The notes beneath the pieces are model-generated. The model ran no database searches and was not told the origin of the DNA. It saw only the letters and a program-made list of their open reading frames with translations. 64,000 nucleotides of DNA. Source: Octopus vulgaris. Taxonomy: Eukaryota. This document shows, piece after piece, positions 13,871 through 27,371 of this stretch (positions are counted from its first letter, which is position 1; each line of letters starts with the position of its first letter). The stretch is from the NCBI GenBank assembly GCA_951406725.2, contig OX597835.1:48174001-48238000 (forward strand). The letters run 5' to 3'. Made by a program: the position numbers and the translations under genes.

Positions 13871-13902
<32 letters not shown>

Positions 13903-14117
13903 GGAATACCGTCATCAGTTTTATAATCATCATCACCACTATCATCATCATCATCATCATCACGATCATTATCATCATTATCATCATCATCATCATCATC
14001 GTCATCATCATCATTATGATCATCATCATCATCATCATCATCATCGTCATCGTCATCATCGTAATCGTCATCATCATCATCATCATCAGCGTCACCATCA
14101 TCATCATCATCATCATT

Positions 14118-14170
<53 letters not shown>

Positions 14171-14930
14171 CATCGTCATCATCATCATTATGATCATCAT
14201 CATCATCATCATCGTCATCGTCATCATCGTCATCGTCATCATCATCATCATCATCATCATCGTCGTCGTCATCATCATCATCATCATCGTCACCATCATC
14301 ATCATCATTATCATCGTCATCAACGTCACCTTCATCGTTGTCAGCGCTTTCCTCATAAACATCATAGTCATCGTCGTTGTCATCATAATCATCGCTGCCG
14401 GATAAAATTACCTTTCTGTGTGCCTTCTTTCTACTTCATCGTTATCACTCCCATATATCCTACCCCTCTTCCTCATCATCGTCATCATCGTCATCGTCCC
14501 CTTTTTCTTCTTCTTTTCCTTCTTCTTCTTCTTCTTCTTCTTCTTCTTCTTCTTCTTCTTCTTCTTCTTCTTCTTCTTCTTCTTCTTCTCCTTCTTCTCT
14601 TCTTCTTCTTCTTCTTCTTCTTCTTCTCCTTCTTCTTCTTCTTCTTCTTCTTCTTCTTTTCTTCTTCTTCTTCTGCTTCTTCTTCTTCTCTTCTTCTTCT
14701 GCTTCTTCTTTTTTACTTCTTCTTCTTCTTCGTCTTCTTCTTCTTCTTTTCTTCTTCTTTTTCTTCTTCTTCTCCCTCTCCTTCTTCTTCTTCTTCTTCT
14801 GCTTCTTCTTCTTCTTCTTCTCCTTCTTCTTCTTCTTCTTCTTCTTCTTCTGCTTCTTCTCCTTCTTCTTCTTCTTTTTCTTCTTCTCCTTCTCCTCCTC
14901 CTCCTCCTCCTCCTCCTTCTCCTCCTCTGT
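13870..14930. repeat. Compound trinucleotide microsatellite: (ATC)n then (TTC)n/(CCT)n
   Basis: Directly visible. Explains the poly-I/M/L/F/S ORFs. Confidence 0.95.
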
Positions 14931-15114
14931 GTCCATCATCATTCCATTGTCAATAAAATAAAGGGCCAACTACAATCGAACTGTTACAATTATAAAACAC
15001 TTTCGCTGACAACAACAATCTATTCTTGGTCTTACCTTGGAAATCACTATCAATAATTGTATTATTTTGAAAGAGATGACTTAGCAGATCGGCAAATTCA
15101 CAGAGAAATTACCT

Positions 15115-15400
15115 GAAAGCGCGGGTATAACTGTGTTGTCAAAAGTTTGCTTCCAAACCACAGGGTTCTGGGTTCAGTCCCACTGCGTTGCACCTTGGAC
15201 AAGTGTCTTCTACAATAGCCCTAGATTGACTAAACACTGTGAGTGGATGTGGTAGGTGGAAACGGAAAGAAGTCCGTCCTCTGTGTTTTGTGTTTGTGTC
15301 CCAGTAAACTAGCAGTTCGCCATAAGAGACCGATAGAATAAATACCAGACTTAAAGAAGTATGTGTTGAGGTTTGTTTGTTCGAACGAAACCTTACAAAT
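15115..15400 (+). mobile_element. SINE S1 (decayed)
   Basis: GGGTTCAGTCCCACTGCGTTGCACCTTGGACAAGTGTCTTCTAC..GAGACCGATAGAATAAATACC. Confidence 0.8.
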
Positions 15401-16312
15401 CGAATCAGTAAAATTACTGAAATATATAAACGATGAAAGATAACCCGGTGGAGCGTATTCATGTGATTTTCGGGTTTCCTCAACTATGTTAGATGGATTT
15501 TCTTTACACTATAAGGTGGTATATAAATGTCGAATTATAACCACTTGTCCCCACGGGGCCACCGTTGATTTCAAGCGTCGAACTGAGCTTTTTCTCTAAA
15601 CCCTCGACTTCTTTAACTACTTATATGCACCACCTTCAGTCCCAGGGTATTCCCTATACCTTATCCAGGTCCGTAGTTTGTGAGGCTTCCCCTTACAACG
15701 TTAAATATCCCGTTTGTAACTTATACTGCAAGGAATCGCTCTGTATTCTACGCCATTGTAATATCTTGTTACACAGATTCTTCTGTAACGTAATTTTCTC
15801 CTGAAAACATAAGTTTTACTCCACATTTACTCCTTATGTAAAGTTTTTATAATTTCTCCTAATCGTGGTTAAATTTCTTATTATTTAAGAATATAAATAA
15901 TTATTATTTAAGAATATAAACAGCATTTTGCTTTCTTATTACAGCATACTCTCTTTATTTCAACATACTTACCACCATGTTCACCTTCACCACAAGTCAT
16001 TTACTTCAGTGCTTATGTCTTTTTTTTTTTGTCTGGTCAGTTAACATTCCTAACCAACTTATAGTCTGCTTAAGATTAACTTGACTACTCGCGGTGTTTG
16101 CTTTTCCTAGGCTGATATTAACTTCTAATTCTGTTTCATCTATTCTACTCTTGTTCCTTTCGTATGTTGAAGATCAACTTTCACTTACCTCGACACTTAA
16201 ATCTCGCTCTGCTTCCGCTCTCCCTTCAACAGTTGCTACCACCACTATATGAACTGTATTTGCCAATATTCGCTTGATTAGGGAAACTGGACATATTTTT
16301 AATATCTTCATC

Positions 16313-16488
16313 TGCTAGAAATAAGAGTCAAAACAACTCAATAGCAACCGATCAGAATTAAGATACTTAGCATCAAAATTCGAAATCATCGAAGAACTGT
16401 CTATACTCGTTAGGGAGCTTATCTCCCTTGACAATCATGAAGAAAGTGCTTATGTGACTATTGAGTTGTTTGACTCTTATTTCTAGCA
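16313..16488. mobile_element. MITE-like element with ~31-bp terminal inverted repeats
   Basis: TGCTAGAAATAAGAGTCAAAACAACTCAATAG ... CTATTGAGTTGTTTGACTCTTATTTCTAGCA. Confidence 0.7.
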
Positions 16489-16584
16489 CTTCTGGTACTA
16501 CTTAGTACTCCCTGTCACTTTTGTGACTTATATACATATGCATACATGTATACATATATACACACATATATATAAATATATATG

Positions 16585-16900
16585 AAGGAATACAAAAATG
16601 GGACAAGAACGCAAAACATCCAGGCGGATGTTACAAAAAAAGGGACAAGAAAAAACAAGGACGAGGCATTCGGAGTTTTCTTTCCTCAGTCGAGTTCCAG
16701 ATTATCTTTGCAATTTCGGCTGGTTATATTCGAAATTGCTCAATCTGGCCAGCTACAAGGAAAAACTAAGTTAAAAGCACTAGATCCATATATATTGAGT
16801 AGAAATGGCTTTTCTGATAATCTTTCCACTTTGATAATTAGATGTTTATAAATTTGATTATTAAAGAGGAAAATTTATCAGTAAAGACATTTCTACTCAT
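16585..16900 (-). mobile_element. Structured short repeat family X, copy A, with a terminal foldback (16796-16899)
   Basis: Homologous to 27125-27272 and 27372-27645. Hairpin arms tgagtagaaatg..ctgataa / ttatcag..catttctactca. Confidence 0.7.
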
Positions 16901-16994
16901 TTTTTCCTAATCTGTAATACTGTACTAAGGATTTTCTATTTCTCATCCTACTATATATATGATGTTAATTGTTTACACTCTTTACACAGTTAAA

Positions 16995-17165
16995 AATGGT
17001 TTCTAATTTTGGTACAAGGCCAGCAATTGTAGGAGAGGTCGATTAGGTCGATCTTAGTAACTGGTACTTTATTTATCGACCCCGAAAGGATGAAAGGCAA
17101 AGTCGACCTCAGTGAAATTTGAACTCTGAACGTAAGGTAACGATTCTACTAGCTCGCCACCTTAA
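16995..17165 (-). mobile_element. SINE S3
   Basis: CTGGTACTT..TTTATCGACCCCGAAAGGATGAAAGGCAAAGTCGACCTC..AACGATTCT..AGCTCGCCACCTT. Confidence 0.85.
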
Positions 17166-17187
17166 TAATAATAATAATAATAACAAC

Positions 17188-17236
<49 letters not shown>

Positions 17237-17249
17237 TTAATAATAGTAA

Positions 17250-17555
17250 TTTATTCTCTTATTGGCCACAAGAGCTCACATAAAATAATATTAACAGACG
17301 TATAATAACATAAAAGACCAAAATAGAACGATACATCGTGTTTTTGCTTGTACACAACGTAATAACATTAAAAACAGGACAAATTAGAACTCCCAATATA
17401 TGAGGCGCTTTAATGTTCTTGTGGAAAAATCCACACAAGCCACGGGTGCCTGAACAACACGGCAAGAGCCCTTCTGTTTTTTACAGGTGCACGCTCAGAA
17501 TTGATCCTTTCACATTGACCATTCTTCCAACATTCACCCACCTTTCAATAAACTT
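17250..17555 (-). mobile_element. L1/Tx1-like LINE extreme 3' end
   Basis: SKFIERWVNVGRMVNVKGSILSVHL* is homologous to the ORF end at 57290-57480. 3' end TGTGGCCAATAAGAGAA abuts a (TAT)n tract. Confidence 0.65.
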
Positions 17556-17579
17556 GCTACATCACAACATTTCCTTCTA

Positions 17580-17790
17580 TTTTCAGGCACAAGGCTTGAA
17601 ATTGTAGCGGGGGAGGGGGCTCGTCCATTACATCGATCTCAGTACGCAACTGGTACTTAATTTACTGACCTCGAAAGGAAGAAAGGCAAAATCTGCCTGG
17701 GCGGAATTTGAGCTAAGAACTAAAGATGGATGAAATGCTGCTTAGCATTTTGCCCCGGGGCGGTAACGATTCTGCTAGCTGGCCGCCTTA
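17580..17790 (-). mobile_element. SINE S3
   Basis: AACTGGTACTTAATTTA..GAAAGGCAAA..GGCGGAATTTGA..AACGATTCTGCTAGCTGGCCGCCTT. Confidence 0.8.
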
Positions 17791-17895
17791 ACACAAGAAA
17801 TGCCATTGCTTCAGCTTATAATAAACAACAATAACAACAATAATAATAATAAAAACAATGACGACAAGGGTAATAACAACAACAGACACACCACC

Positions 17896-17940
<45 letters not shown>

Positions 17941-20082
17941 ATAAAGGACCAAAATGACAATTTCTGAAATAATAACTACAAGAAAATACGTGTAGAGACA
18001 AGAGCAACAATACGCACCGTACGGCCGCCACCACAACCACCACCATCACCAGTATCACTAACACTACCTGATCTACAACCAATACTACCATCACCACCAC
18101 CACCGCCGCCGCCGCCGCCACGACAATGACCCCCGACCATCAAAGCCTTTCACCCACACCCAGTGCCACCAAACCCTTCCTCCCCATAACTAGAAGTGAT
18201 CGCTCAGTGTCTTATTTCTGTTTTCGTTCTCGGTGACCTTTACACACACACACGCACACACACACACACACACGCCCACACACGCACACACACACGCACA
18301 CACACACACACACACATACGCATACACACACACACACACACATGGTTAATCAACTGATGAAAATGATAATGATAAAGTTTATGATGATTATGAAGATGGT
18401 ATTGGTGGTATTGGTTTTGTGGTGACGGTGGTAGTGATGCTGATTCAGCTGCTGATAATATTGATGCCGAGGGTGGTGATGATGCCACTGCTGCTGATGG
18501 TGGTGGTGGTGATGATAACGGTGATGATGATGAAATGGTGATGATGACGACGACGGTGATGATGATTGTGACGATGTTTGTGGTGGTGGTGCTTCTGCGG
18601 CTGCCTATGGTGATGATGATGAGGGGGAGGAGGATAATAACGCTGTTGACGATGTTGATAATGATGATGGAGGCAATGATGGAGATGATGATGATGATGA
18701 TGACGATGATGATTATGGTGGTGTCGATGATGATAATGATGATGATTATGGTGGTGATGGTGGTGGTGGTGGTGGTGGTGGTGAGGATGTTGGTGGTGGT
18801 GATGCTGCTGCTGCTGCTGCGGTGCTGTGGATTTGTATGGTGCTGAGGAGTTATTTATGTCATTGAGCTGATAGTGACGATGGTAATGATAGTGCTGCTG
18901 GTAGCGCTGGTGGTTGTGGCGGCGGCGGCGACCGTGCTGGTGGTTGTGGGGATGGGGTGGTGGTGGTGGTGGTGGTTATCCTTCCCACGCTGTTGATGGT
19001 ATCGCTTTTGAGGAAGTTTAATCTTGTAAATGGATTTAGCGCTTTTGGTAATCTTGGTTTTGTTGTAGAACCAAGTCAGGCAGGATCTAGCAGACTTTAT
19101 GAAGAATGGCCTTCCAGCCGTGGCCATCAAGTAGTTTTCAGCAGCATACAACACGGCATAACAAGACACTACACAGTGTAACTTTTCGTTTTTAAACAAG
19201 TTTGGTGGCCGAGGTGACTGTGATGATGGTTGTGATGGTGGTGGTGGTGGTGGCAGTGGAATTAGTGGTTATGTTGGTGGTGGTTCTAGTGGTAGTGGTG
19301 ATGGGGTTGACCTTAGTTGTGACTGTTTGGGTGGTTGTAGTGACGCTGGTGGTAATGATGTGAGCAGACGGCGGTCGCCGTGGTGGTCGCCGTGGTGGTC
19401 GTCGTGGTGGTCGTCGTGGTAACGCCGGTTCTGGTGGCAGTAATGGCGGTAGAAGTTGATCATGCAATCAAACCCGCGAAAGCTGTTTCCTTTCGTATTT
19501 TAAAATTGCTGATGTTACCTCTCGGTTACAAACCCTCACAGATGAGACGTTGTTTCTCGGCGATAGGGAGGGGTGTATTTGAATACAGAATGCACAGATT
19601 CACAACAGATATTACTATCACGCTACCAATTCCGTCAATCCACCGCCCAGGACTGTCACATATTCTTAACGAATCCGCGAAGATGAAAAGCAAAGTTAAA
19701 CACAGGCGGAATTTTGAACTCAAAGCGCAGACCGTCGGAGAAACGCATTCTTTCACGATTTCGTTCCTTAATCAACGAAGATCGGTCGAACTGGAACATT
19801 GCGGAGAAATCTTTCCCCATCTACATGATTCTTCAGCAATGGCTTTGTCCTTTATTTGTTTCAGGTATTAGACTGCGGCCATGCTGGGGCACCACCTGCA
19901 AAGGCTTTAGTTGAATATTATTTTAAACTAATATTTTAAACCTGGTACTTTTTCTACCGGTGTCTTTGCCGAGAATTTAAGTAACGGGAACGTTAACAAA
20001 CCAACACCAATTCTCAAGAGGCACGTGCAAAAAGACACACACAAATGGATGTACGACAGCTAGTGTTGAGTTTATGGTATAT

Positions 20083-20123
<41 letters not shown>

Positions 20124-20333
20124 CACATATACATATAGACGAATATATAGATACCTAACTATACTTTAGTAGAGATTTACATATGAGTGTATGGATACAT
20201 ATACATATATATATACGCACACAAACACATACGTAACAGAACGTAACAGCAGACAAAATACCGCTCAGCATTTCGCCCGGAATGCTAACAGTTCTTCCAG
20301 CAAATATATATGTATATATTTATATATACATAT

Positions 20334-21966
20334 AATTAAAAAAGGAGAATACGCACACTTATATAGTTTTAATATAATTTTTAATATATCGACCGGTTTC
20401 GCTATCACTATTCGTGATATTATGTTTTACTTATTTGAATATATACATTTTTCTTAAGAAGAAATTTGTGTGTGATCAAATTTATGAGTGAATGACTTCA
20501 CAAGTAGATAAATAAAGGGAGGTAATTGGTTGTCATTATTATTGTTACTGTTGTGGGTAAGTGAAATAACTGTTCAGCTTTCGGTAGTGGGTGGGGATTA
20601 TATATGTGTACAGACAGAGACAAGTTTCAAAAACCTTGTTTTGTAGGGGATTTATGTACAGTGATGTAATCGTGAATTGAAATTAAAAAGATAAAAGTTG
20701 GTTATGCGTGCATATTAAGACGTGTTTTGTATTTTTTAATGAAAAAAGTTTCTTGATTTAAACTTTCTAGTTGAGATTCTGCGTCTTTGCACTGGTAGAA
20801 AGGGAAGGCGGTGAAATTTGGTTTGATGTTACCTGCACATTTTTCTATATGTTCACTGAGAGGAATTTGTCTGTATTGCAGGACACGGATTTGCTCCTTA
20901 TGTAGAGTGGTTCTCTTTCTCATTGTCATACTCGTTTGTCCAATATAGTGGTGTCCGCAACCCGAGCAGGTTATTACATAAAATAGGTTCTCAGAGGCAC
21001 AAGTGAAACTAGTTTTAATTGTGAACCTCTTTCCTTGTTTGAAAAGGAAATCCGAGCCTTCAAGCAGGTTGGGGCAGGTTCCACAGTTTGGGTGTTCATA
21101 TTTTTCAACCGTTGGTTTCGTGGTAGTTTCGTAAAGCTTCGCATTTGTTAGTAGTCTCTTTAGCGATTTGTCCTTTTTTTGCATTTGATGAGTTTGTGTG
21201 TTTTCAGGATGTCCTTCATTTTTGGGCCTCTAGTTAGTAAAGGAAGAGTTTGCACAATAGTGTTGAATACCTCACTTTTTCTGGGGTTGTGTGTTGATAT
21301 AAACAGTAAAATAGTAATGTTTTGAGTTGAGGTGTGGTATTATGTTTTTTGTTCTTAGTGTTTTTGTGTCTAATTATTTGGCACGTTTAATTCCCTCGTC
21401 GATAAGTGGGGATGGATATTGTTTTTCAATAAGTGTTGTTTTCAGGTCTTGAAGACGAAGGTTCTATCAGACGAGTTGTTCTATCAGACACTATTGTGCA
21501 GACCCTATTTGCTAAGGTGAAAGGGATGTTTATCGTTATGTGTTTTGGGTGACATGAGTTAAAAAGAAGATATTGTTTTGAATCAGTTGGTTTATAATAA
21601 ATGTCAGTTATGATTTCATTGTTAACTTTTTTTATCATGATGTCTAAATATGGAAGTTGTTCTTTGTTATATTCCATTGTGAATTGAATGTTACTATTTA
21701 TGTCATTTAGTGTTGTTTTGAAATCCAAAAGTTTGTCGATGTTCTCCTTCCAGATGATAAAGCAATTACCTCCCTTTATTTATCTACTTGTGAAGTCATT
21801 CACTCGTGAATTTCATCACACACAACACGGACCAAATTTCTTCTTAAGAAAAAATATATATTCAAATAAGTAAAACATAATATCATGAATAGCTATAGCG
21901 AAACCGGTCGATATGTTAAAAATTATATTAAAACTATGTAAGTGTGCGTATTTTCCTTTTTTAATT
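20334..21966 (-). mobile_element. 5'-truncated Penelope-like retroelement with inverted pLTR copy
   Basis: RT C-terminus (NIQFTMEYNKEQLPYLDI..TDIYYKPTDSKQYL..SCHP..NIPF), linker CGTC, and GIY-YIG (NLFYVITCSGCGHHYIGQT..R..H), stop at 20702. 20334-20528 is the reverse complement of 21763-21966. Confidence 0.93.
21880..21914 (+). ncRNA. Minimal hammerhead motif in the PLE pLTR, A3-U8 core variant (partner copy at ~20386-20421 on minus)
   Basis: atatc-ATGAATA-gctatagc-GAAA-ccgg-TC-gatat. Confidence 0.65.
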
Positions 21967-22020
21967 TCTTATATACATTACAACTCACTACGTGGGGATA
22001 ATCGAAATTCTTCTTTATTG

Positions 22021-22096
<76 letters not shown>

Positions 22097-22100
<4 letters not shown>

Positions 22101-22228
22101 CAGGCGTGATTGTGTGGTAACTAACTTGCTTACCAACCACACGGTTCCGGGTTCAGTCCTACTGCGTGGCACCTTAGGCAAGTGTCTTGTGAGTGGATTT
22201 GGCAGGCGGAAACTGAAAGAAGCATGTC

Positions 22229-22278
<50 letters not shown>

Positions 22279-22500
22279 GTGTGTGTGTGATGTGTGTGTC
22301 TGTGTTTGTCCACTACCATCACTTGACAACCGATGTCGGTGTATTGACGTTCCTGTAAGTAAGCGTTTCTGCAAAAGAGACCAATGGAATAAGTTCTAGG
22401 CTTACAAAGATTAAGTCCTGGCGTCGATTTGTTCGACCAAAAGCGGTGCTCCAGTATAGCCGAAGTCAAATGACTGAAACAAATAAAAGAAGAAAAATAG
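22097..22500 (+). mobile_element. SINE S1, near full length
   Basis: GGCACAGGCGTG..GGTTCAGTCC..CCTTAGGCAAGTGTCTT, internal (TA)n, tail GCGGTGCTCCAG..AGTCAAATGACTGAAACAAATAAAAG. Confidence 0.88.
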
Positions 22501-22549
22501 AAGAAAAGAGAATACACATACACATACACACACACACACAAACATACAT

Positions 22550-22625
<76 letters not shown>

Positions 22626-23124
22626 ACAAGGCACATTTTAAATTATACTTTCTTCTCTTATTTGCTCTTTAGTAATCTGTTCGTTGACGCTCAACGCGAA
22701 GAATTTCCTCGTGTTCCAAATTCCAAATAGTATATCGACGTAAGAGAACTTTTCTTTGAATTGCGTCACACCTTCAAAACGTCTCTTGCGATTCTCTGTG
22801 CATTGTAATTTCTGCAGATTTAACACTTAATGGAATCGAAATGTTTTCTGTGAGCCATCTTCAGAATACGGACTGTAAATTTATGTCTACAGTCGGATAT
22901 GCATTTATTCTTTCTGTTTCTTGTTTCAGTCTTTGTACGGTGGCCATGCTGGAGTACAACCTTATAGTGTTTAACGGCACAAATTGAACCCAATCCTTAT
23001 TTTGTATGTCTGGTTCTATCGTTTTCTTTTGACGAGTCTCTTTTGACTTATTTATGAATCTCAAAGGAAAAAATGTAGAGGTTGCTACGAGTGGATAGGA
23101 GCTGAGATCATAAATCTGTATCAG

Positions 23125-23415
23125 CCCTGTCGATTACCATGATGAGTGTTCCAGCTGATCCGATCAACGGAACAACCTGCTCGTGAAATTCACTTGTACG
23201 TTGTTGAGCACTCCACAAACAAGCGTGCCCTAAATTTATTTCTCAGAGATTCAGCGTCAGCAGAATGTTACAAGGCCGGCCCGCGTGAATTACAGGTACA
23301 ATTCCTTTTTTCCAGCTGAGTGGACTGGAGCAAATAACGCCTCTTGCTCAAGGGCACATCACTCCGCTGGGAATCGAACCGAAGACATTATGATGGTGAG
23401 TCAATATCTTACCCA
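23125..23415 (-). mobile_element. SINE with a different tRNA-like head (H2) and tail 'c'
   Basis: GGTTCGATTCCC..TGTGCCCTTGAGCAAG..GCTCCAGTCCACTCAGCTGG, then a tail matching 30850-31040 (AATTTCACGAGCAGG.TGTTCC.TTGAT.GGATCA.CTGGAAC). Confidence 0.7.
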
Positions 23416-23606
23416 GTACGTGACTGGCATTTCATTTCAATGACATCATAATCATCATCAGCCACCTAGACATTAGTGTCTCGAGCCATAGGAATCCCGG
23501 GGCCGATTCCATGGCGTATGCGAGAAAGGGGGGTTCAACAATCTCCTTGAACAGAATTCCAGTAGACTGAAGTGTGTTGCTCAGGGAAACGATGCACCCC
23601 ATGGTC

Positions 23607-23851
23607 TGATTGATTGATTGATTCTAGTTTCAGCTCACGAGATGTGGCCATGCTGGGGCACTGCCATTTAAAAGTGAGAGAAAGTTGTGGTGAAAGAGTA
23701 CAGCAGGGATCACCACCATCCCTGCCGGAGCCTCGTGGAGCTTTAGGTGTTTTCGCTCAATAAACACTCACAACGCCGGGTCTGGGAATCGAAACCGCGA
23801 TCCTATGACCGCGAGTCCGCTGCCCTAACCACTGGGTCATTGCGCCTCCAC
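23607..23851 (-). mobile_element. SINE S2 head fused to a CR1/L2-group LINE 3' end with (AATC)n tail
   Basis: The S2 head is joined directly to AATGGCAGTGCCCCAGCATGGCCACATCTCGTGAGCTGAAACTAG, which matches the LINE end at 47881-47926. Confidence 0.8.
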
Positions 23852-24952
23852 GAATGAAAAGCATGATCTTACACCTGGAGGTAGGAAAAGTATATTTAAC
23901 CACAGAGAGAACTGAACTCACAATGTAAAGACTTCAAACAGTGACTTAGGCTGAAGGTCAGCAATTTGGGGGAGCAGAGAAATAGTCTGTTGCGAACTTT
24001 CCGTACTTTACCGTGACTCGTACTTTATTTTATAAGCCCTTAAGAGATGATAAGCAAAGTCAGCTTCGACGGGATGAGAGCTCAGGTGTCAGGAGATCAA
24101 ATTTGGTTTTCATCCTTTCGTATTCTATAAAATGAAGAAATGATTTTAGGGCGAGAATCGATGGTTTCATTTAGTCCTCTCTCTTAAACATTTTTGGCCT
24201 TGAAGCTTGACCAGGAACCAATATTTCAGAACATGAAAGTCAGTGGTTTGACAGAATCATTAGAACAGCGACAAAAATGCCTATGGTATTTCTTTCAACA
24301 TTTTACTTCTCGGTTCTAATCCCGCTGAGGATAACTTTCCTTTTCTATGTTTCCTTTTTAGAGTAAAGAAATAATAAAAATGGGCTTCAAATTTTGGCAA
24401 AAGTTCAGTAAGTGTTGGAAGGTGGGAGTAAGGCGATTTGTATTGACCCTAGTGGTCAGCTGTTACTTATTTTATCGACCAGCAAAAGAGATGGAAAGTC
24501 AACTTCAGACTCAGAAAGTAAAGACGAGCGAAATGTCGCTAACGATTTTGCCCCGTTTGCTAAAGATTCTGGACCCCTTAAAGGAGCAATGGAATCGTAA
24601 GAGGAATCAATTTAGGGATGAGGCCAGCACGTTTGAGGAGAGATGCTTAGTCGATGCCATCGATCCTCATACTATTTTCCCTTACAACATCATCAACAAC
24701 AACAAATTCCACGAGGAAGGCGACAGCGATCACGACGACGACGGCGGCGGCGATGGCGGCGGTGGTGGTGGTTGTGGTGGTGGTGTTGGTGTTAGGGGTG
24801 GTGATAATGACAACAGTGAATATGATGATAAGTTTGATAGTGATAACAGCAAATTACAACTCTATTGTCAGCTTCAGAATGAATGAAATAAATGAAAACG
24901 GTAACCGTTTCCCAGTAACACTGACAATTATATCAATGCCAACAATATCAAT

Positions 24953-24992
<40 letters not shown>

Positions 24993-25045
24993 TTAATAAT
25001 AATAATAAAAATATTAAGCTGATGATAATAATAATAATAATGATG

Positions 25046-25187
<142 letters not shown>

Positions 25188-25497
25188 TAATAATGATAAT
25201 AATAACTGATAATAACGAAATGAAAATGGTGATATAATGAAATAGGAGATAAGAAAAATGGTGGAAATTTGAAGGTCACATGGGAGTAAAAGGGCTAGGG
25301 GGAGTTAATTGAGTGGAGCATGCTAGTTATATCAGACAGAACTTATGGTAATTATTTGAACCTTTTATGATCAGAGTAACAAACTCTTGATAATGATCTT
25401 ATTTTATACATGTCATAAAACAATGTGTATATATGGTTGTATGTGTGTGTGTGTCTGTTGTTGTATATATGCAACTATATAAGCAAATATATGGGTG

Positions 25498-25531
<34 letters not shown>

Positions 25532-25634
25532 CGTGTTTCCGTATGCATATAAATAAATAGAAAGAAGTATAAATATATATATATATATATATATTATTAC
25601 ATAGATACACATTATATATGTCTATATTTAAACG

Positions 25635-25700
<66 letters not shown>

Positions 25701-25905
25701 TACATTCATATCTGCATATATACACCAAAATTGTTTACAGCATGTATAGAGTAGATCATTATCTGCAGATTCATACTATGATAGCTAACTCTGATGATAT
25801 TTTGTTCAACTCATTCACACAAACGCGTGCTTATATTATATGATGTATGCGTGTGTATATATCTATATCTATATCTATATATATCTATATATCTATATAT
25901 CTATA

Positions 25906-26004
<99 letters not shown>

Positions 26005-26029
26005 GCATGTGTATATCTATATCTATATC

Positions 26030-26443
26030 TCTCTTTACTCTTTTTACTCTTTTACTTGTTTCAGTCATTTGACTGCGGCCATGCTGGAGCACCGCCTTTA
26101 GTCGAGCAACTCGACCCCAGGACTTATTCTTTTGTAAGCCCGATACTTATTCTATCGGTCTCTTTTGCCGAACCGCTAAGTGACGGGGACGTAAACACAC
26201 CAGCATCGGTTGTCAAGCAATGCTTGGGGGACAAACACAGACCCACAAACATATACACACATACATATAAACATATATATACATATATACGACAGGCTTC
26301 TTTCAGTTTCCCTCTACCAAATCCACTCACAAGGCTTTGGTCGGCCCGAGGCTATAGTAGAAGACACTTGCCCAAGGTGCCACGCAGTGGGACTGAACCC
26401 GGAACCATGTGGTTCGTAAGCAAGCTACTTACCACACAGACAC
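26030..26443 (-). mobile_element. SINE S1, full length and well preserved
   Basis: Close reverse-complement match to 40309-40720. Confidence 0.92.
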
Positions 26444-26455
26444 TTCTATCTATCT

Positions 26456-26540
<85 letters not shown>

Positions 26541-27124
26541 AGATGTACTCGCATAGCAAGTGATATATATTTTATATATATATATACATGTATACATGTA
26601 TGTAGGCATGTGTGTATGTATGTTTGTATGTATGTATGTATGTTTATGTAGGGATTTACAGGCGTATCTTTCTTTACTCAGAAACATATAATTAATACTT
26701 GAAAGTCTTATTGCATTAGAAGCGAGAAGCCTAATTCTCAGTTTCACTCAACCGATTATTCAAACGATTGAAGTATAGAAACAATCTTGAGATGAAAATA
26801 TGAGCGTATTTACAAAGCGTTATGGAAAAGCTCTTGCATTTATCTATTCTATTGTGATACACAGTATTCATGATACTGTCATATATTTGCGTGGTATCTT
26901 CCATATCGTGTGTTTAAAATACATATAAAGAACGAAAACGTTGGATATTTATAAAGTTTAGGATTTTTATGTTACTAACATTGTTGTTCGGTCGGTTAAG
27001 GGGACAAATTATGTGAGCCAGCCTGTTGTTGGAAATTCCTCAATAAATTAGGCTAACGTTGTCTGCAATATTTCACAAACAATGATAAGAATTCAAAACA
27101 TACAGACAGTTACAGACAGCTAGA

Positions 27125-27272
27125 TGATAGAAAAAGGGGAGAACAAATCATCCAGACAGACAATAAAAAAAAGAACGGGTCATTCAGAGTTTTCTTTCTT
27201 CAGTCAAGTTCCAAATTATCTTTGTAATTTCGGCTGCTTATACTCGGGATTACTCCAATCTGACCTGCTCCA
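27125..27272 (-). mobile_element. Family X, copy B (partial)
   Basis: tcattcagagttttctttcttcagtcaagttccaaattatctttgtaatttcggctg matches copy A at 16668-16721. Confidence 0.7.
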
Positions 27273-27283
27273 ATACACACACG

Positions 27284-27370
<87 letters not shown>

Positions 27371-27371
27371 A

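Noticed and set aside
12025-14969. His-, Pro-, Ile-, Met- and Leu-rich ORFs (reflectin- or histidine-rich-protein-like)
   Set aside because: They are trinucleotide microsatellites open in several frames, with no family motif or splice support.
15490-16300. Non-repetitive-looking 800-bp block
   Set aside because: No convincing reading frame or motif could be recovered by eye. It may be an old transposon fragment.
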